A stretch of DNA of 64,000 nucleotides, taken from IMG/VR virus record IMGVR_UViG_3300025032_000461; one strand, 5' to 3'. A model generated the notes under the pieces. That model saw only the letters and a program-made list of their open reading frames with translations. It ran no database searches and was not told where the DNA came from. The translations under genes were made by a program, and so were the position numbers. This DNA comes from an uncultured virus (IMG/VR IMGVR_UViG_3300025032_000461). Lineage: Duplodnaviria; Heunggongvirae; Uroviricota; Caudoviricetes. This document shows positions 19,927 to 31,597 of the stretch, one piece after another (position 1 is the stretch's first letter; each line of letters starts with the position of its first letter).

Positions 19927-21416
19927 TTCCATCTAAAACCATTCAACAAAACCCATTCAGAAATAAATTTATTGTAAAAACTATCAATTGGTGTATTACC
20001 TTTTCCTTGTAACTGAGATATATTTCTACCGACAACACTTATTGTTGCTATATTCTTAAAGCTTAATGAATCAAAGTGTTTTACTTTTAATGAAAAAATA
20101 GAAGTTCCACCATTACTACAAGCTCGACCATAAGAACCTACACAGTGCTTCATTGATCTTCCCTCTTGACGTAACTCAACCTCTGAAAGTAGCTCTGTTA
20201 TTGTTATAATTCTTTCCTGAACTGAATCATTAGCATTCGTTCTCTCATCTTTTATGGAGTAATCCTTACCAATTGGCACCCAAGATAATACTCCCTTGTA
20301 AGAACCAATTTCTTTATGCCATTTATTCATTTTTTCATAAAGCGCATCAAGTCCATAATCTTTTATTACAAATCTTCTACCATCTCTTGTTGCAATATTT
20401 TTTTCATGCACAATGTAATCATAAATAGGCATTATTTGGTCTTTTGAGAAAAAATCTAAATTTTTATTATTTCGTAAATAACTAATAAATTCTTGAAAAA
20501 CATCCTCATTAATTATAAAATTACTCATTTTTACATGATTTTTTAAAGCTAAAATGAATTTAGGATTTATGCCTTCAAGCATAATTTCTCTGCAACTAAA
20601 GAAAAAATCTTTATTTGATTTTTGACTTACTATTTTATTTACTTGTTTTTTCGTCAACCACTTCTCTATACTTGGCAACCTTTCCTTAAAAACAGTATTT
20701 GGTTTTTTTCCATTAGCAATATCAATAAATATAGAAATATTTTTAGGATCATAAATTAGTGATTTTAAAGCTGAATCTATATTATATTTAGAAAACAAAA
20801 ATACAGCTAATTCTTCCAGTGCCTTTACATTGTTTTTTGTTTTTATTTCAAAATCTTCAATATTACTAATCCAATATTTTTCATTTAAAGCAATATTTTT
20901 TATTAAATCAATTATTTTTTCATTTGGATTAACCTCTGGCTTTCTATTATAGAAATGTATGCCAATTTTATTTGCATGACTAACAATTAATTTAGTAAAT
21001 TTTTTTGAATTAAATTTTCTTAATATTTTTTTAAATGCTATTTTTTGTTCCAAATTCATATTCTTATGTATTGAGTGTAATTGATTATACTCGTTACTTT
21101 CACCAAACTCATTCATATTATCTTTTTCTAAAAAATCAACAATATTTTCCTTACCTTGCTTCTTTTTTAATAACAATTTTTCTTTAACAATACTATCTCT
21201 GTAAATACGAATTTCTTCTTCAAACTCTTTTGTTGTTTTTTTTAGTGAAATTCTAAATCCTAGTTTCTCACAAATTAATAAATACTTATTTTTAAATGAA
21301 TTTTTCTCATTTCCTTTAAAAAACAAATCACTTAATTGCCTATCAGTTAGAACAATATCTTCTTTTTTTAAAAATACTGGTTTGACCTTTTCTTTTGAGT
21401 GTTTAATACTTTTCAT
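19923..21416 (-). CDS. PcfJ-domain protein
   Basis: C-terminal ELRQEGRSMKHCVGSY...IFSL...QLQGKGN. Confidence 0.75.
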   Translation of the reverse strand: MKSIKHSKEKVKPVFLKKEDIVLTDRQLSDLFFKGNEKNSFKNKYLLICEKLGFRISLKKTTKEFEEEIRIYRDSIVKEKLLLKKKQGKENIVDFLEKDNMNEFGESNEYNQLHSIHKNMNLEQKIAFKKILRKFNSKKFTKLIVSHANKIGIHFYNRKPEVNPNEKIIDLIKNIALNEKYWISNIEDFEIKTKNNVKALEELAVFLFSKYNIDSALKSLIYDPKNISIFIDIANGKKPNTVFKERLPSIEKWLTKKQVNKIVSQKSNKDFFFSCREIMLEGINPKFILALKNHVKMSNFIINEDVFQEFISYLRNNKNLDFFSKDQIMPIYDYIVHEKNIATRDGRRFVIKDYGLDALYEKMNKWHKEIGSYKGVLSWVPIGKDYSIKDERTNANDSVQERIITITELLSEVELRQEGRSMKHCVGSYGRACSNGGTSIFSLKVKHFDSLSFKNIATISVVGRNISQLQGKGNTPIDSFYNKFISEWVLLNGFRWN

Positions 21417-21623
21417 TATTTTTTAGACAAAGGCATTATCTATCTTACTTTGTAGATAACCAACCTTATCACTCTCCTTTTTCAGTTAATATATTTATAT
21501 TTTTTTTATTGTATTTTAAATCTAATTATATTAAAATATTATTGGAAAGTCAATACATTATTTTACTTGATATTATTTTATTTATCATTTATAATATCTG
21601 TAAATTTTGATAGAGGAAAAATA

Positions 21624-22253
21624 ATGAAAGTTGCAAAAAAAGCAACACCCAAAAATGATGAAATTAATTCATTATTAAAACTTGATGATATTTCGTTATT
21701 TAAAAAACCTTTATATCAAAATTATATAAAGAAAAATTATAAAACAATTTTAACCAGATGTTGTGAAGAAAATTTAATTAATTTTATTAGTCACATACTA
21801 ACACTCGACATTGATCCCAATTATAGATTTGGTCAACCACTTATTTCAGCTTGCAAAAATAATTCTATTGAAACAGTTCAATTATTATTAGAACAAAATA
21901 GCATTAATCCTTCAATAGAAGATAATATTGCTCTTGAAATTGCAATAGAAATTAATTCTATTAAATTAGTTGACCTATTACTATCAAACAAGAAAATCTC
22001 AAATTCCATTAACTTATACCAAATTATAATTGTTGCAATAGATTTTTTTTATGACTATTTTTACGACTGCGATACTAATTTCAAAGACAAATCAGACGAA
22101 TTTTTAGAGAGAAAAAATATTATAAAAAAACTATTATTTATCCCAAACAATAAATTTGATATAAAAAATGAATTTCTTGTTAGCAGATTATCTGATGAAA
22201 AAATAAGACTTCTTCATCAAATTAATTTAGAAAACAATATAGGATATTTCTAA
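21624..22253 (+). CDS. ankyrin repeat protein
   Basis: PLISACKNNSIETVQLLL, DNIALEIAIE; ends NIGYF; start placed after the AGAGGA RBS. Confidence 0.75.
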   Translation: MKVAKKATPKNDEINSLLKLDDISLFKKPLYQNYIKKNYKTILTRCCEENLINFISHILTLDIDPNYRFGQPLISACKNNSIETVQLLLEQNSINPSIEDNIALEIAIEINSIKLVDLLLSNKKISNSINLYQIIIVAIDFFYDYFYDCDTNFKDKSDEFLERKNIIKKLLFIPNNKFDIKNEFLVSRLSDEKIRLLHQINLENNIGYF

Positions 22254-23188
22254 GATTTTAATTTCAATAACCACTTACTGTCTTTCTCACTAAATGATAT
22301 TAGTTTTACTGCTGTATCATTTCCTGTTTTTGCACCTAACATATATGTATTGCTTTGAATAAGATCTTTCATTAAATTATTCGCTAATTCCATTTTCAAT
22401 AATTCTAATTTCTTTTGTTTCACGGCATACTCTGATTTAAATTTCAATTCTTTTTCACACAAAACCTCTTTATTGCTTAGTCTATAAAACTTGCCTATAT
22501 TTTTCATTAAATAGCGATTTAGTTCAATAAATTTATTTTTATCCTTACCTAAACCAAGTTTTAATTCGTTAAAATTCTCTTTCTTAATAAATTCGGCCAA
22601 TACTTTTTTGCCAACTTCATCACTATTTTTAGAAACATAAATAAGGTATATTTTTCCATCAAACACATGATAGCTTAATCTCATTGACATTAACTGCTCT
22701 ACAATAACAACATCCCCTGTTTTTTGATAATATTGTGGTGATTTTAAATTGAAAAATAATTTTGGCTTAATTAACACTTCTACTTTAAATGATCTCTCTT
22801 TTAAATATTTTTCTTTTTTTTCTAATTTTATTTTCGCTATATCTTCTTTGGATTTAGTTGTTTTTGTTAATTCAGCACTATATTCTCGACTAAACATATG
22901 CAGCCATTTCCCCATATGTGCATCAATTTGAATCCACTCAACAGATAAATTTCCAGCAATTTGCCTACCCATAATCGGATTATCTATTTTTGCTTCATAC
23001 TTACTCCATGTGTCCTTAATAATATCATCTTCAAAAAAAACATTCCCTTCCTCATCAAATACTTTTAAGTGATGATCTTCTGTTAATTCAAAAAGCCCTT
23101 CATACCCTTCCTTACCATCTTCATAAAAAGCCCATCTTGCAGCTTCCATTCCAGTCTCAAAATATGGTATTAATATTCCTTTTTGCAT
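22250..23188 (-). CDS. hypothetical phage-type protein
   Basis: 312-aa ORF, GAGG RBS. Confidence 0.65.
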   Translation of the reverse strand: MQKGILIPYFETGMEAARWAFYEDGKEGYEGLFELTEDHHLKVFDEEGNVFFEDDIIKDTWSKYEAKIDNPIMGRQIAGNLSVEWIQIDAHMGKWLHMFSREYSAELTKTTKSKEDIAKIKLEKKEKYLKERSFKVEVLIKPKLFFNLKSPQYYQKTGDVVIVEQLMSMRLSYHVFDGKIYLIYVSKNSDEVGKKVLAEFIKKENFNELKLGLGKDKNKFIELNRYLMKNIGKFYRLSNKEVLCEKELKFKSEYAVKQKKLELLKMELANNLMKDLIQSNTYMLGAKTGNDTAVKLISFSEKDSKWLLKLKS

Positions 23189-23336
23189 TATGTTAACCTC
23201 ACTAATTATTTAAAAAAAATATAACATTAAAAAATAAAAAATCAACTATTTGCCAACCAAATATACTTATTTTAAATATGGTTGCATTAATTTTCCTACA
23301 ATGTTATATTTACTCATTACTTTGATAAGGATTATT

Positions 23337-23774
23337 ATGACATTATTTTATCACACCTATTTTGATCTTAGAGCAAAAAAAATAGAGGAATTATTAAAAA
23401 TTGATAAAAGTAATGAACCTTTTGAATTATTTTTTAACAAATTCATGCTTGGTAATTATCAAGATTTTATCAATACTCGAAGTATTGAAATTCTGGAACA
23501 ACCAAGGACTTTTTTTTATGATTTAATTAATTATAAAGAAGTTCGATATTTCCAACCTAACTGTAAAGATTGGTATCAATTAAGAGTAGTTCTTTTTCAA
23601 AGCAATGTCCTTAACAAAAGCAATAAAATATTATTTAATGACATTAACTCTGGATTTTACATGAGTGAAAAAAAATTTTATAAAATAAAGAAAATATGGA
23701 AAAAATACATTGATTTTATTATCTTTCACAATAATCCTCAACAAAGATTAATAAACAATATCAATCTTTTCTAA
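23337..23774 (+). CDS. hypothetical protein, paralog of 23877-24335
   Basis: Shared MxGxYxDFIxTR, WxxLxxVL and FYKIKKxW; ends NINLF. Confidence 0.65.
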   Translation: MTLFYHTYFDLRAKKIEELLKIDKSNEPFELFFNKFMLGNYQDFINTRSIEILEQPRTFFYDLINYKEVRYFQPNCKDWYQLRVVLFQSNVLNKSNKILFNDINSGFYMSEKKFYKIKKIWKKYIDFIIFHNNPQQRLINNINLF

Positions 23775-23815
23775 AATATTGCTTTTAAAAATCAACAAAA
23801 TATGATATTATAATC

Positions 23816-23859
<44 letters not shown>

Positions 23860-23876
23860 TTTATAAGGATTTTTTT

Positions 23877-24335
23877 ATGGCAGTTTTCTATGATGGAGAA
23901 TATCCAGTACCGTTAGTTTCTTCAATTTCTGATTTTATGGAAAAACCTCGTTGCGTTCAAGATTACAGAAGCATTGACTTTCTCACTCGCTATATGACTG
24001 GAAGCTATCGAGATTTTATAAAAACTAGACAAAAAGAGCTTAATATTGATGGTTTTTTTAAAAAATTTTTTACTATAAATTGTGCATTTTCAACCAATGA
24101 TCAAGAGTGGACTAATTTAAAAAAAGTATTAAAGCAGACACATTTATTTATTGAGAATGTTGATCAATCATTTTCAGAATATCAGGAGTATGCCACTTTC
24201 TCATACTTCCATATGACTTCTTCAAGATTTTATAAAATCAAGAAAGAATGGAGTGTATTCATTAAATACATTCATGACGAAAAAATGAAAAAAGACAAAC
24301 AATATTCACTTAATTTTAAATTAAGTAAATTCTAA
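23877..24335 (+). CDS. hypothetical protein, paralog of 23337-23774
   Basis: Same motifs as the paralog; ends KLSKF. Confidence 0.7.
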   Translation: MAVFYDGEYPVPLVSSISDFMEKPRCVQDYRSIDFLTRYMTGSYRDFIKTRQKELNIDGFFKKFFTINCAFSTNDQEWTNLKKVLKQTHLFIENVDQSFSEYQEYATFSYFHMTSSRFYKIKKEWSVFIKYIHDEKMKKDKQYSLNFKLSKF

Positions 24336-24337
24336 AG

Positions 24338-24366
24338 CAAAAAAAGCCTGCAAATGCAGGCTTTTT
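24338..24366. terminator. bidirectional intrinsic terminator
   Basis: aaaaaagcctgca-aa-tgcaggcttttt between convergent genes. Confidence 0.8.
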
Positions 24367-24377
24367 AACAAAATATT

Positions 24378-25631
24378 TTACTTCACTTTAAGTAATGCAA
24401 AATTTCTTTTACCTCGTTTTAATACAGCAAACTTATTCAATAATAGCACTGTTTTATCTATCATTTTATCAGGAGATAATTCCTTTCCCCCATTAAGCTC
24501 TATAGCTCCATTTAAAATAAACTCTTTTGCCTGTCTTTTTGATTTAGCTAAATCACCTTTAACTACGACATCGATTAACGCCATCCCATCTTCTTCAAGA
24601 GATAAACATTCCATACCATCATTTTCTAATTGCATAAAATCTTCCAAGCTTAACTTTGAAAAATTACTCGAAAACAAAGCTTCAGTAATTCGCAGTGTTG
24701 ATTCTAAGCCTTCTTCTCCATGAACAAGCCTAGTCATTTCCTCTGCCAACAACTGTTGTGCTAGTGGCTTAGAATTACTCTCTTTATCGGTTTTTTCAAT
24801 ATTCTCAATTTCTTCAACACTTCTCATTGAGAAAAACCTTAATAAAGAGTATACGTCAGCGTCTGTGGTTTTTAACCAAAATTGAAAAAACGTAAATGGT
24901 GTTGTTTTATTTGGATCTAACCATACAGCACCAGATTCTGTTTTTCCAAATTTCTTGCCTTCTGAGTTAGTTATTAAAGGGAATGTCAACCCGAAAGCTT
25001 CAACTTTAGAACCCATTGACTTTCTAATCAAATCTGTTCCAGCGGTAATATTTCCCCACTGATCACTGCCACCTATTTGCAATGTGCAGTTGTGATTTTG
25101 ATTTAATTTTAAAAAATCCATAGATTGAATTAACATGTAACTAAACTCAGTAAATGAAATCCCCTGATCTTCCCTATCAACTCTTTGCTTTACAGACTCC
25201 TTACTCAACATTGAGTTCACAGTAAAATGCTTACCAAAATCTCTTAAAAAAGTAATCATATCTATTTGGGAAATCCAAGATAAATTATCAACACATTGAG
25301 CGCCTACAACATTTTCTATTTGGGATACAATCCCCTTTTTAAATAGTTCAATTGTATCCGTTGTATTTAATACTCTCTCCTCTGACTTTCCACTTGGATC
25401 ACCTATCATACCAGTAGCACCACCCACTAGTGGAATAATATTATGCCCTGCATTCTTAAATCGCAATAATGTAATTAATGGCAATAAACTCCCAATATGC
25501 AAACTTTCTGCAGTAGGGTCGAATCCACAGTATAATGTTACTGGCATAGTATTTAATTTATCTTCCAATTCTTTTTCATGGGTAATTTGGTGAACTAACC
25601 CACGAGCTTTCAATTCTTTAATTAACGACAT
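24378..25631 (-). CDS. tyrS: tyrosine--tRNA ligase
   Basis: YCGFDPTAESLHIGS, QIGGSDQWGNI, KFGKT, C-terminal S4 domain; ATG after GGAG. Confidence 0.97.
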   Translation of the reverse strand: MSLIKELKARGLVHQITHEKELEDKLNTMPVTLYCGFDPTAESLHIGSLLPLITLLRFKNAGHNIIPLVGGATGMIGDPSGKSEERVLNTTDTIELFKKGIVSQIENVVGAQCVDNLSWISQIDMITFLRDFGKHFTVNSMLSKESVKQRVDREDQGISFTEFSYMLIQSMDFLKLNQNHNCTLQIGGSDQWGNITAGTDLIRKSMGSKVEAFGLTFPLITNSEGKKFGKTESGAVWLDPNKTTPFTFFQFWLKTTDADVYSLLRFFSMRSVEEIENIEKTDKESNSKPLAQQLLAEEMTRLVHGEEGLESTLRITEALFSSNFSKLSLEDFMQLENDGMECLSLEEDGMALIDVVVKGDLAKSKRQAKEFILNGAIELNGGKELSPDKMIDKTVLLLNKFAVLKRGKRNFALLKVK

Positions 25632-25772
25632 ATTTTCTCTCCAACAATAATTTATTTTTTTTACAATATTTTTCAATAAATTATTATTGATATCGTAATG
25701 CTTGATTTTCCATACTTTATTCCTTATTTTTCATAATAATTAAGTATAACATCGTTTAAATATATTTTACAG

Positions 25773-26603
25773 TTATTTTTTTGATTTTAAACAACTTGGT
25801 ATTGGTTTAGCCGTTAGGTAATTTTCCTTACTAACTACTTTATGCTTTTCTTCAAAAAAGATAGAAGCAAAATTTTTCTCTTCCAAGTGTTTACCATTTT
25901 TACAATCACGACAAATACTAATATACCTTTTCATTGTTGCAGGATTGTAATCACCATTTGCTTTTTCCTTTTGTTTATCTCCATTTTCAAAAGCCAACTC
26001 GACTTGTTTAGCTTTAACATATTTGTCATGCCTTTTCTTGTAACTCATTTTACTTAAATCAATATCTTTTAAATCAATACTTTTTAACAAGTCAACATTA
26101 TTAACTAATTCAAATTCTTCAAAACCTGCGTCACTTAACGTTCTATTATTTCCAAATAACATATCCCATTTACTTACCATTCTATTCCACTCTACCTTTG
26201 TTGTAGAATCTGGCCTTTCTATATTAGGTGAATAAATAAATTCAAATGCATTAAGGTTTTTTACTACGTATTCCTTAATTTCTTTGCTCTCTGAGTTTAA
26301 TATACAAAATACATCACCACCTATTTCTTTCAATGCTATTGAGCAGCCTAAATCAAATGTAGGCTCCCTATAAACACTTGACATCTTTTCTATATATTTA
26401 TCTATTGTTAACAAATATATTTCAAATACTGTTTTATTTGGTGGGCTTTCAATATCAGCAATATCGTCCAATATTTCATAATATAAATTAATGCAGTTTT
26501 TATGCAATTCTTTTTTTGCTTTAGAAAAAATAACACTCTTTCTTTTTAATAACTTATTTTTAAGACTAAGAACTGTCTCATTTTCTACAATAAATCTATT
26601 CAT
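25773..26603 (-). CDS. hypothetical protein
   Basis: 276-aa ORF overlapping the upstream gene's stop. Confidence 0.65.
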   Translation of the reverse strand: MNRFIVENETVLSLKNKLLKRKSVIFSKAKKELHKNCINLYYEILDDIADIESPPNKTVFEIYLLTIDKYIEKMSSVYREPTFDLGCSIALKEIGGDVFCILNSESKEIKEYVVKNLNAFEFIYSPNIERPDSTTKVEWNRMVSKWDMLFGNNRTLSDAGFEEFELVNNVDLLKSIDLKDIDLSKMSYKKRHDKYVKAKQVELAFENGDKQKEKANGDYNPATMKRYISICRDCKNGKHLEEKNFASIFFEEKHKVVSKENYLTAKPIPSCLKSKK

Positions 26604-27399
26604 ACGAAATATTCACTTTGTTTGATTCAAGGCAAATGTTATTAAAGTTATATTTTTTGTAATTCATATTTAATTTCTCATTATTAAGAAATACATTCCA
26701 GAAATTTAAATGTCTCACAGTGACATTATCTCTTCCTATCTTACTATTTATCATTAAATTTAAAATAACTTGGCATAAATCTTTTGACACACCAGAATAA
26801 TTTATAAACATATCCTCCCGATCTTCCTTTTTATCTACATTTTCACCAGCGTTATTTAAAAAATAAACTTCTCTACCTGCCACAATATTACTGCTAGGAA
26901 AATACCCTTTATCATTTTGAAAAACTGATATCATTTCATAAATATATCTTGCCTCCTTTAAATCTTCTGCAGCAAAAATATTTTCTTTTAAGTATTTTTT
27001 CATACCTTCGCCATTTCTATCAAGCATGAATGATAATTTAGTTTTATTTCCTGTTGATAAATATATATCATAATCAGAAATAGTCATTCCTTGATAAAGA
27101 GTAGCAATTCTCTCAGGAGAAAACGAGTTGTAGTCTATCGTTATTTTAATCTCATCCCATAGAATATTTTTTTCTTCTAAATTATATTTCAACACTTCCA
27201 TACAATCATTGTAATAACAAAATAATTCAACTATTAATTTATCATCATTAGAGTGCTCACCATAATAATTTAGATATTCAGCAGCAGTGGCCTTATCTTT
27301 TCCTTCGATAAACATTTCATTAATTCTATATATATTACCATTATGGTCAGTACAGCCTATTAATAATAAAAACCCCAAAAATATCAGTATTTTCTTCAC
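26596..27399 (-). CDS. lipoprotein; C-terminus loosely pilin-like
   Basis: Lipobox LLIGC; C-terminal Cys pair (GVSKDLC...IC...N). Confidence 0.55.
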   Translation of the reverse strand: MKKILIFLGFLLLIGCTDHNGNIYRINEMFIEGKDKATAAEYLNYYGEHSNDDKLIVELFCYYNDCMEVLKYNLEEKNILWDEIKITIDYNSFSPERIATLYQGMTISDYDIYLSTGNKTKLSFMLDRNGEGMKKYLKENIFAAEDLKEARYIYEMISVFQNDKGYFPSSNIVAGREVYFLNNAGENVDKKEDREDMFINYSGVSKDLCQVILNLMINSKIGRDNVTVRHLNFWNVFLNNEKLNMNYKKYNFNNICLESNKVNISYE

Positions 27400-27546
27400 G
27401 TTTATACCCCTATAAAAAAATAAAATTTAATAACGCTATTTTGACAAAAATACAACAGCATGTCAAGCAATTTACAATCTTTATTAAAAAAAGGGAGAAG
27501 ACAATAAATATCCTCTCCCTTTAATGCATTTTTATCAAAAAAACAC

Positions 27547-30129
27547 TTACTTTTTAAAAATAATTACACCTTCTTTAACTGCTGCCTTAATGGTATCACC
27601 TTTTAAAAATATACCTTTAATTATTTCATCTGCCAAAGGAGTTTCAATATATCTTTGAATTGCTCTTTTCAATGGCCTTGCACCATATTTAGGATCAAAC
27701 CCTTTTTCAATTAACTTTGACATTGCGCTTTTTTGCACACTAAGTTTAAGTTCTCTATTTGCTAATCTTTTATTTAATTGAGCAATTTGTAAGGTCGCTA
27801 TTTTAGTTACATCTTCTTTAGTTAAAGGATGGAACACTACAACATCATCAATCCTATTTAGAAATTCTGGCTTTAAATGATATTCAAGCTCTTTAAATGC
27901 CTTCTCTTGCATAATTTCATATGACTCACCCTTCACAACAGCATCTTGAATAATTTCAGAACCAATATTTGAAGTCATTATGATTAATGTATTTTTGAAA
28001 TTCACTAATCTACCTTGACTATCTGTTAGCCGCCCGTCATCAAGCACTTGCAGTAAAATATTGAAAACGTCTGGATGAGCTTTTTCGATTTCGTCAAAAA
28101 GCACAACTGAGTATGATTTTCTTCTTACTGCCTCAGTTAATTCACCACCTTCTTCATAACCAACATACCCAGGAGGCGCACCAATCAATCTCGAAACACT
28201 ATGCTTCTCCATATACTCAGACATATCAATACGGATAAAATCAGAGTCACTTTCAAATAAAGCATGACTTACAGCCTTACACATCTCTGTTTTACCTACA
28301 CCTGTTGGGCCTAAAAACAAAAATGAACCAATAGGACGATTAGGATCAGACAAGCCAGCCCTTGAACGCCTAATACAAGAAGATACATTTTTAATTGCTT
28401 CTTTTTGCCCAATGACTCTTTCCGCAATACTTTCTTCTAACCCCATTAACTTATCACTATCACCCTTACCCATTTTATTGATAGGTATGCCAGTCCAACG
28501 AGATACAACTTCTTTAATTTCATTATCAGTTACTTTATTTCTCAGCAATTCATTTTCAGGAAGCTTTGCATTTACATTACTTTTTAAAGCGTCTAATCGC
28601 TTAATTAACTCTGGCAGTAAACCATAAATAATTTCTGCGGAACGCTCTAAGTCTCCATCTCTTGCACACTTCTCTTTTTCATTTTTCAAATCATCAATTT
28701 GCGCACGAAGATCACTTTCTCCTGTCAATGACGCTTTTTCACTCAACCATTTTTCTTCAAGTGTTAAATATTCTTTTTTCATATCCTTTACTTTAGCTTG
28801 CAAGTCTTTAAAACGTTCAATTTGATCTCTTTCTTTTTCGAGAGACTTTAATTCAATTTCTTTTTGCTGAATTTTTCTCGCCAACATATCCATTATTTCT
28901 GGCTTTGACTCAACTTCCATTCTAATTACGCTTGCAGCTTCATCCATTAAATCAATTGCTTTATCAGGAAGGTTTCTATCTGTAATATAGCGATCTGACA
29001 ATATAGCGGCAGCAATAATTGCATCATCAGAAATATCTATACCGTGATGTAATTCATATTTTTCTTTAATACCACGTAAAATTGAAATTGTATCTTCAAT
29101 ACTTGGCTCTTTCACTAATATTTTCTGAAAACGTCTTTCAAGTGCAGGATCTTTTTCAATAAAATTCCTATATTCGTCAAGCGTTGTCGCACCAATAACA
29201 TGCAAGTTACCTCTAGCCAACTCTGGTTTTAATAAATTTGCAGCATCCATACCACTACCACTACCACCTGCCCTAACTAATAAATGCATTTCATCAATAA
29301 ATAAAATACATTGACCATTACTTGCATTTAATTCCTTCAACAACCCTTTTAATCTTTCTTCAAATTCACCTTGATATTTAGCACCTGCAACTAACTGCCC
29401 CATATCAAGTGATAATAAGTCCTTACCTTGCAAACCTTCTGGAACTTCATTATTAATAATCCGCAATGCAAGTCCCTCAGCGATAGCTGTTTTACCCACT
29501 CCTGCTTCACCTACCAATACTGGATTATTCTTTGTTTTACGTAATAATACTTGCATTGAGCGTCTAATTTCTTCACTTCGGCCAATAATAGGATCAATTC
29601 CACCCTCAGACGCTAATTTTGTTAGATTTTTAGTATACCTATTAATAAAATCTCTTTCTGACTCAGCCTCTTTACTTTTCGGTTTTGAACCATTTCTTAC
29701 TTTTGCAATTTGAGTTTCAATATCACTCGCTTCCACACCATGATTTTCTAGAATTTCTCGACATTTATCATCTTTAAACAATGATATAAAGGCCACTTCA
29801 ATTGTAATAAAATCGTCTTGTCTTTCTACTGCTGTCTTTTCCATTTTAGCAATTAGTGTTGAGAAACATGTTGCGGCATACAAGTCATTATTATCTACTT
29901 CTTTGGTAGGTTTTTTTGCTAACGTCATTTGAAGCTCTTTTTTTATGTTACTCACGTTAGCGCCTACATTACCTAAAAATGTCACAACAACATTTGTTTT
30001 CTCTTCAAGAAGGGCTTCCATAAAGTGCTCACTTGTTACAAATGAATGCTTATACTTTATTGCTTTCTTTTGAGTTTCATCAAGAACATTAACTAATGCA
30101 TTTGTGTATTTTTCTTTTTCGATTTCCAT
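27547..30129 (-). CDS. clpB: ClpB disaggregase
   Basis: Clp N-domain, GEAGVGKT, coiled-coil middle domain, GPTGVGKTE, GARPLKR. Confidence 0.96.
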   Translation of the reverse strand: MEIEKEKYTNALVNVLDETQKKAIKYKHSFVTSEHFMEALLEEKTNVVVTFLGNVGANVSNIKKELQMTLAKKPTKEVDNNDLYAATCFSTLIAKMEKTAVERQDDFITIEVAFISLFKDDKCREILENHGVEASDIETQIAKVRNGSKPKSKEAESERDFINRYTKNLTKLASEGGIDPIIGRSEEIRRSMQVLLRKTKNNPVLVGEAGVGKTAIAEGLALRIINNEVPEGLQGKDLLSLDMGQLVAGAKYQGEFEERLKGLLKELNASNGQCILFIDEMHLLVRAGGSGSGMDAANLLKPELARGNLHVIGATTLDEYRNFIEKDPALERRFQKILVKEPSIEDTISILRGIKEKYELHHGIDISDDAIIAAAILSDRYITDRNLPDKAIDLMDEAASVIRMEVESKPEIMDMLARKIQQKEIELKSLEKERDQIERFKDLQAKVKDMKKEYLTLEEKWLSEKASLTGESDLRAQIDDLKNEKEKCARDGDLERSAEIIYGLLPELIKRLDALKSNVNAKLPENELLRNKVTDNEIKEVVSRWTGIPINKMGKGDSDKLMGLEESIAERVIGQKEAIKNVSSCIRRSRAGLSDPNRPIGSFLFLGPTGVGKTEMCKAVSHALFESDSDFIRIDMSEYMEKHSVSRLIGAPPGYVGYEEGGELTEAVRRKSYSVVLFDEIEKAHPDVFNILLQVLDDGRLTDSQGRLVNFKNTLIIMTSNIGSEIIQDAVVKGESYEIMQEKAFKELEYHLKPEFLNRIDDVVVFHPLTKEDVTKIATLQIAQLNKRLANRELKLSVQKSAMSKLIEKGFDPKYGARPLKRAIQRYIETPLADEIIKGIFLKGDTIKAAVKEGVIIFKK

Positions 30130-30196
30130 AATTCACCCTATCTGTTTAATATTTTTCATTATTATATATGACTCAAACATCATAAACAAGCTTTTT

Positions 30197-31597
30197 TTAA
30201 AATTTATTAATATTTTGAGATAAAATATTTTGACTTACTTCCTTAATTAATTCGTCAAAAACATAATAATATTTGTTTTTTGAAAAATAATATTCCATCT
30301 TAGATAAATACTCTCTTTTTGACTCTACGCTCTTATTAACCATTCTTTTAGCCCAAATACTTTCATATTCTTTAACCCAAATATAAGCGTCTTTACTTAA
30401 ATCTATTTTATTATTAAGATAATCATAAGTCTGATAAATATATTTATCATCTTTTACATACTCTGTAATTAATTTTAATTTAACTAATCGTTTTAATTCA
30501 GCAGACTCAATGCTTTTTACCAAATCCTCATCATTTACATCCCAGTATCGATTATGAATCAGTTCTGGATAATCCTTCATTACTTGTTCGGCAACATAAT
30601 TTCTATTATTCTTATAATTAGCTTGGGTTACACCTTCCCTATCTATTGTTATTCCGATCATAAAATTTGGATCTGACTGTTCTAAGTTAAAATCCCATAA
30701 TATCAACTGAACGTTATTTAATTCTGCTATATCATACTTCTTTTCATATAGCACGTAATTATTAAACAATTCTTCACTATACTGAATACACCAAGATTTT
30801 GAAGATAGTTTTTTTGATGCATTATAATCTAATATTCTCACTATGAGTTTTTTATCAACTTCATCACTCTTAATTACTTCGGCATTCAATCCTTTATATT
30901 CTATTTTCTTCAATATTTCTTCAATAGTCAAATCATGATATCCCAACAACCCCCTTACCCTACTATAAAACATATTAAAATCTTTCATAGACTTCAACTT
31001 ATCGCCTACATATTCAACTAACTCTTTCTCACTTATTTTTGCGTCATTAATAAGACAAAATAATGAAATAAGCTTTTCTGTTTCTTCCGAGTTTCCTTTT
31101 AAGAAATTATATTTTGAAGACAAGATCCCCTTCATTCTTTTTTCACCCAAGTGTCTTTTATTAAAAAAATGTATTTTATCTGAAAATTCTTCAAATGTTT
31201 TTGTTTTCAATAAAATATCTTTTTTATCCCTAAATATGTGATAATTATTTTTAAATAGTATTAAATCCTTTTTTATTTTCAAAAATTCCTGAAATACATC
31301 ATCTTCCAAATCTTCATAATATGAAAAATCTTCAAATTCTAATTCAAAAGCATTGCCATTTGCATCTTTAAATACACATTCTTCCGAATCCACTTTTTTA
31401 ATATTATCTTCAATAAAATTAAGTAAAAGATTTTTTAAATGACGAACATAAATATGATAGTTAAATTTTATTTTTTGCAAATCTTGATTAAAAAAACCAA
31501 CAAGCTTAATAATATCAGAACCTTTATTTTTAATTCTTTCATTAAGTTCACTATCCAATATCTCTTCTTCCACTGTTCTATCTTGATTATTTGCCAT
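30197..31597 (-). CDS. hypothetical protein with WCI motif (PcfJ-related, phage type)
   Basis: IVRILDYNASKKLSSKSWCI; ends NINKF. Confidence 0.55.
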   Translation of the reverse strand: MANNQDRTVEEEILDSELNERIKNKGSDIIKLVGFFNQDLQKIKFNYHIYVRHLKNLLLNFIEDNIKKVDSEECVFKDANGNAFELEFEDFSYYEDLEDDVFQEFLKIKKDLILFKNNYHIFRDKKDILLKTKTFEEFSDKIHFFNKRHLGEKRMKGILSSKYNFLKGNSEETEKLISLFCLINDAKISEKELVEYVGDKLKSMKDFNMFYSRVRGLLGYHDLTIEEILKKIEYKGLNAEVIKSDEVDKKLIVRILDYNASKKLSSKSWCIQYSEELFNNYVLYEKKYDIAELNNVQLILWDFNLEQSDPNFMIGITIDREGVTQANYKNNRNYVAEQVMKDYPELIHNRYWDVNDEDLVKSIESAELKRLVKLKLITEYVKDDKYIYQTYDYLNNKIDLSKDAYIWVKEYESIWAKRMVNKSVESKREYLSKMEYYFSKNKYYYVFDELIKEVSQNILSQNINKF

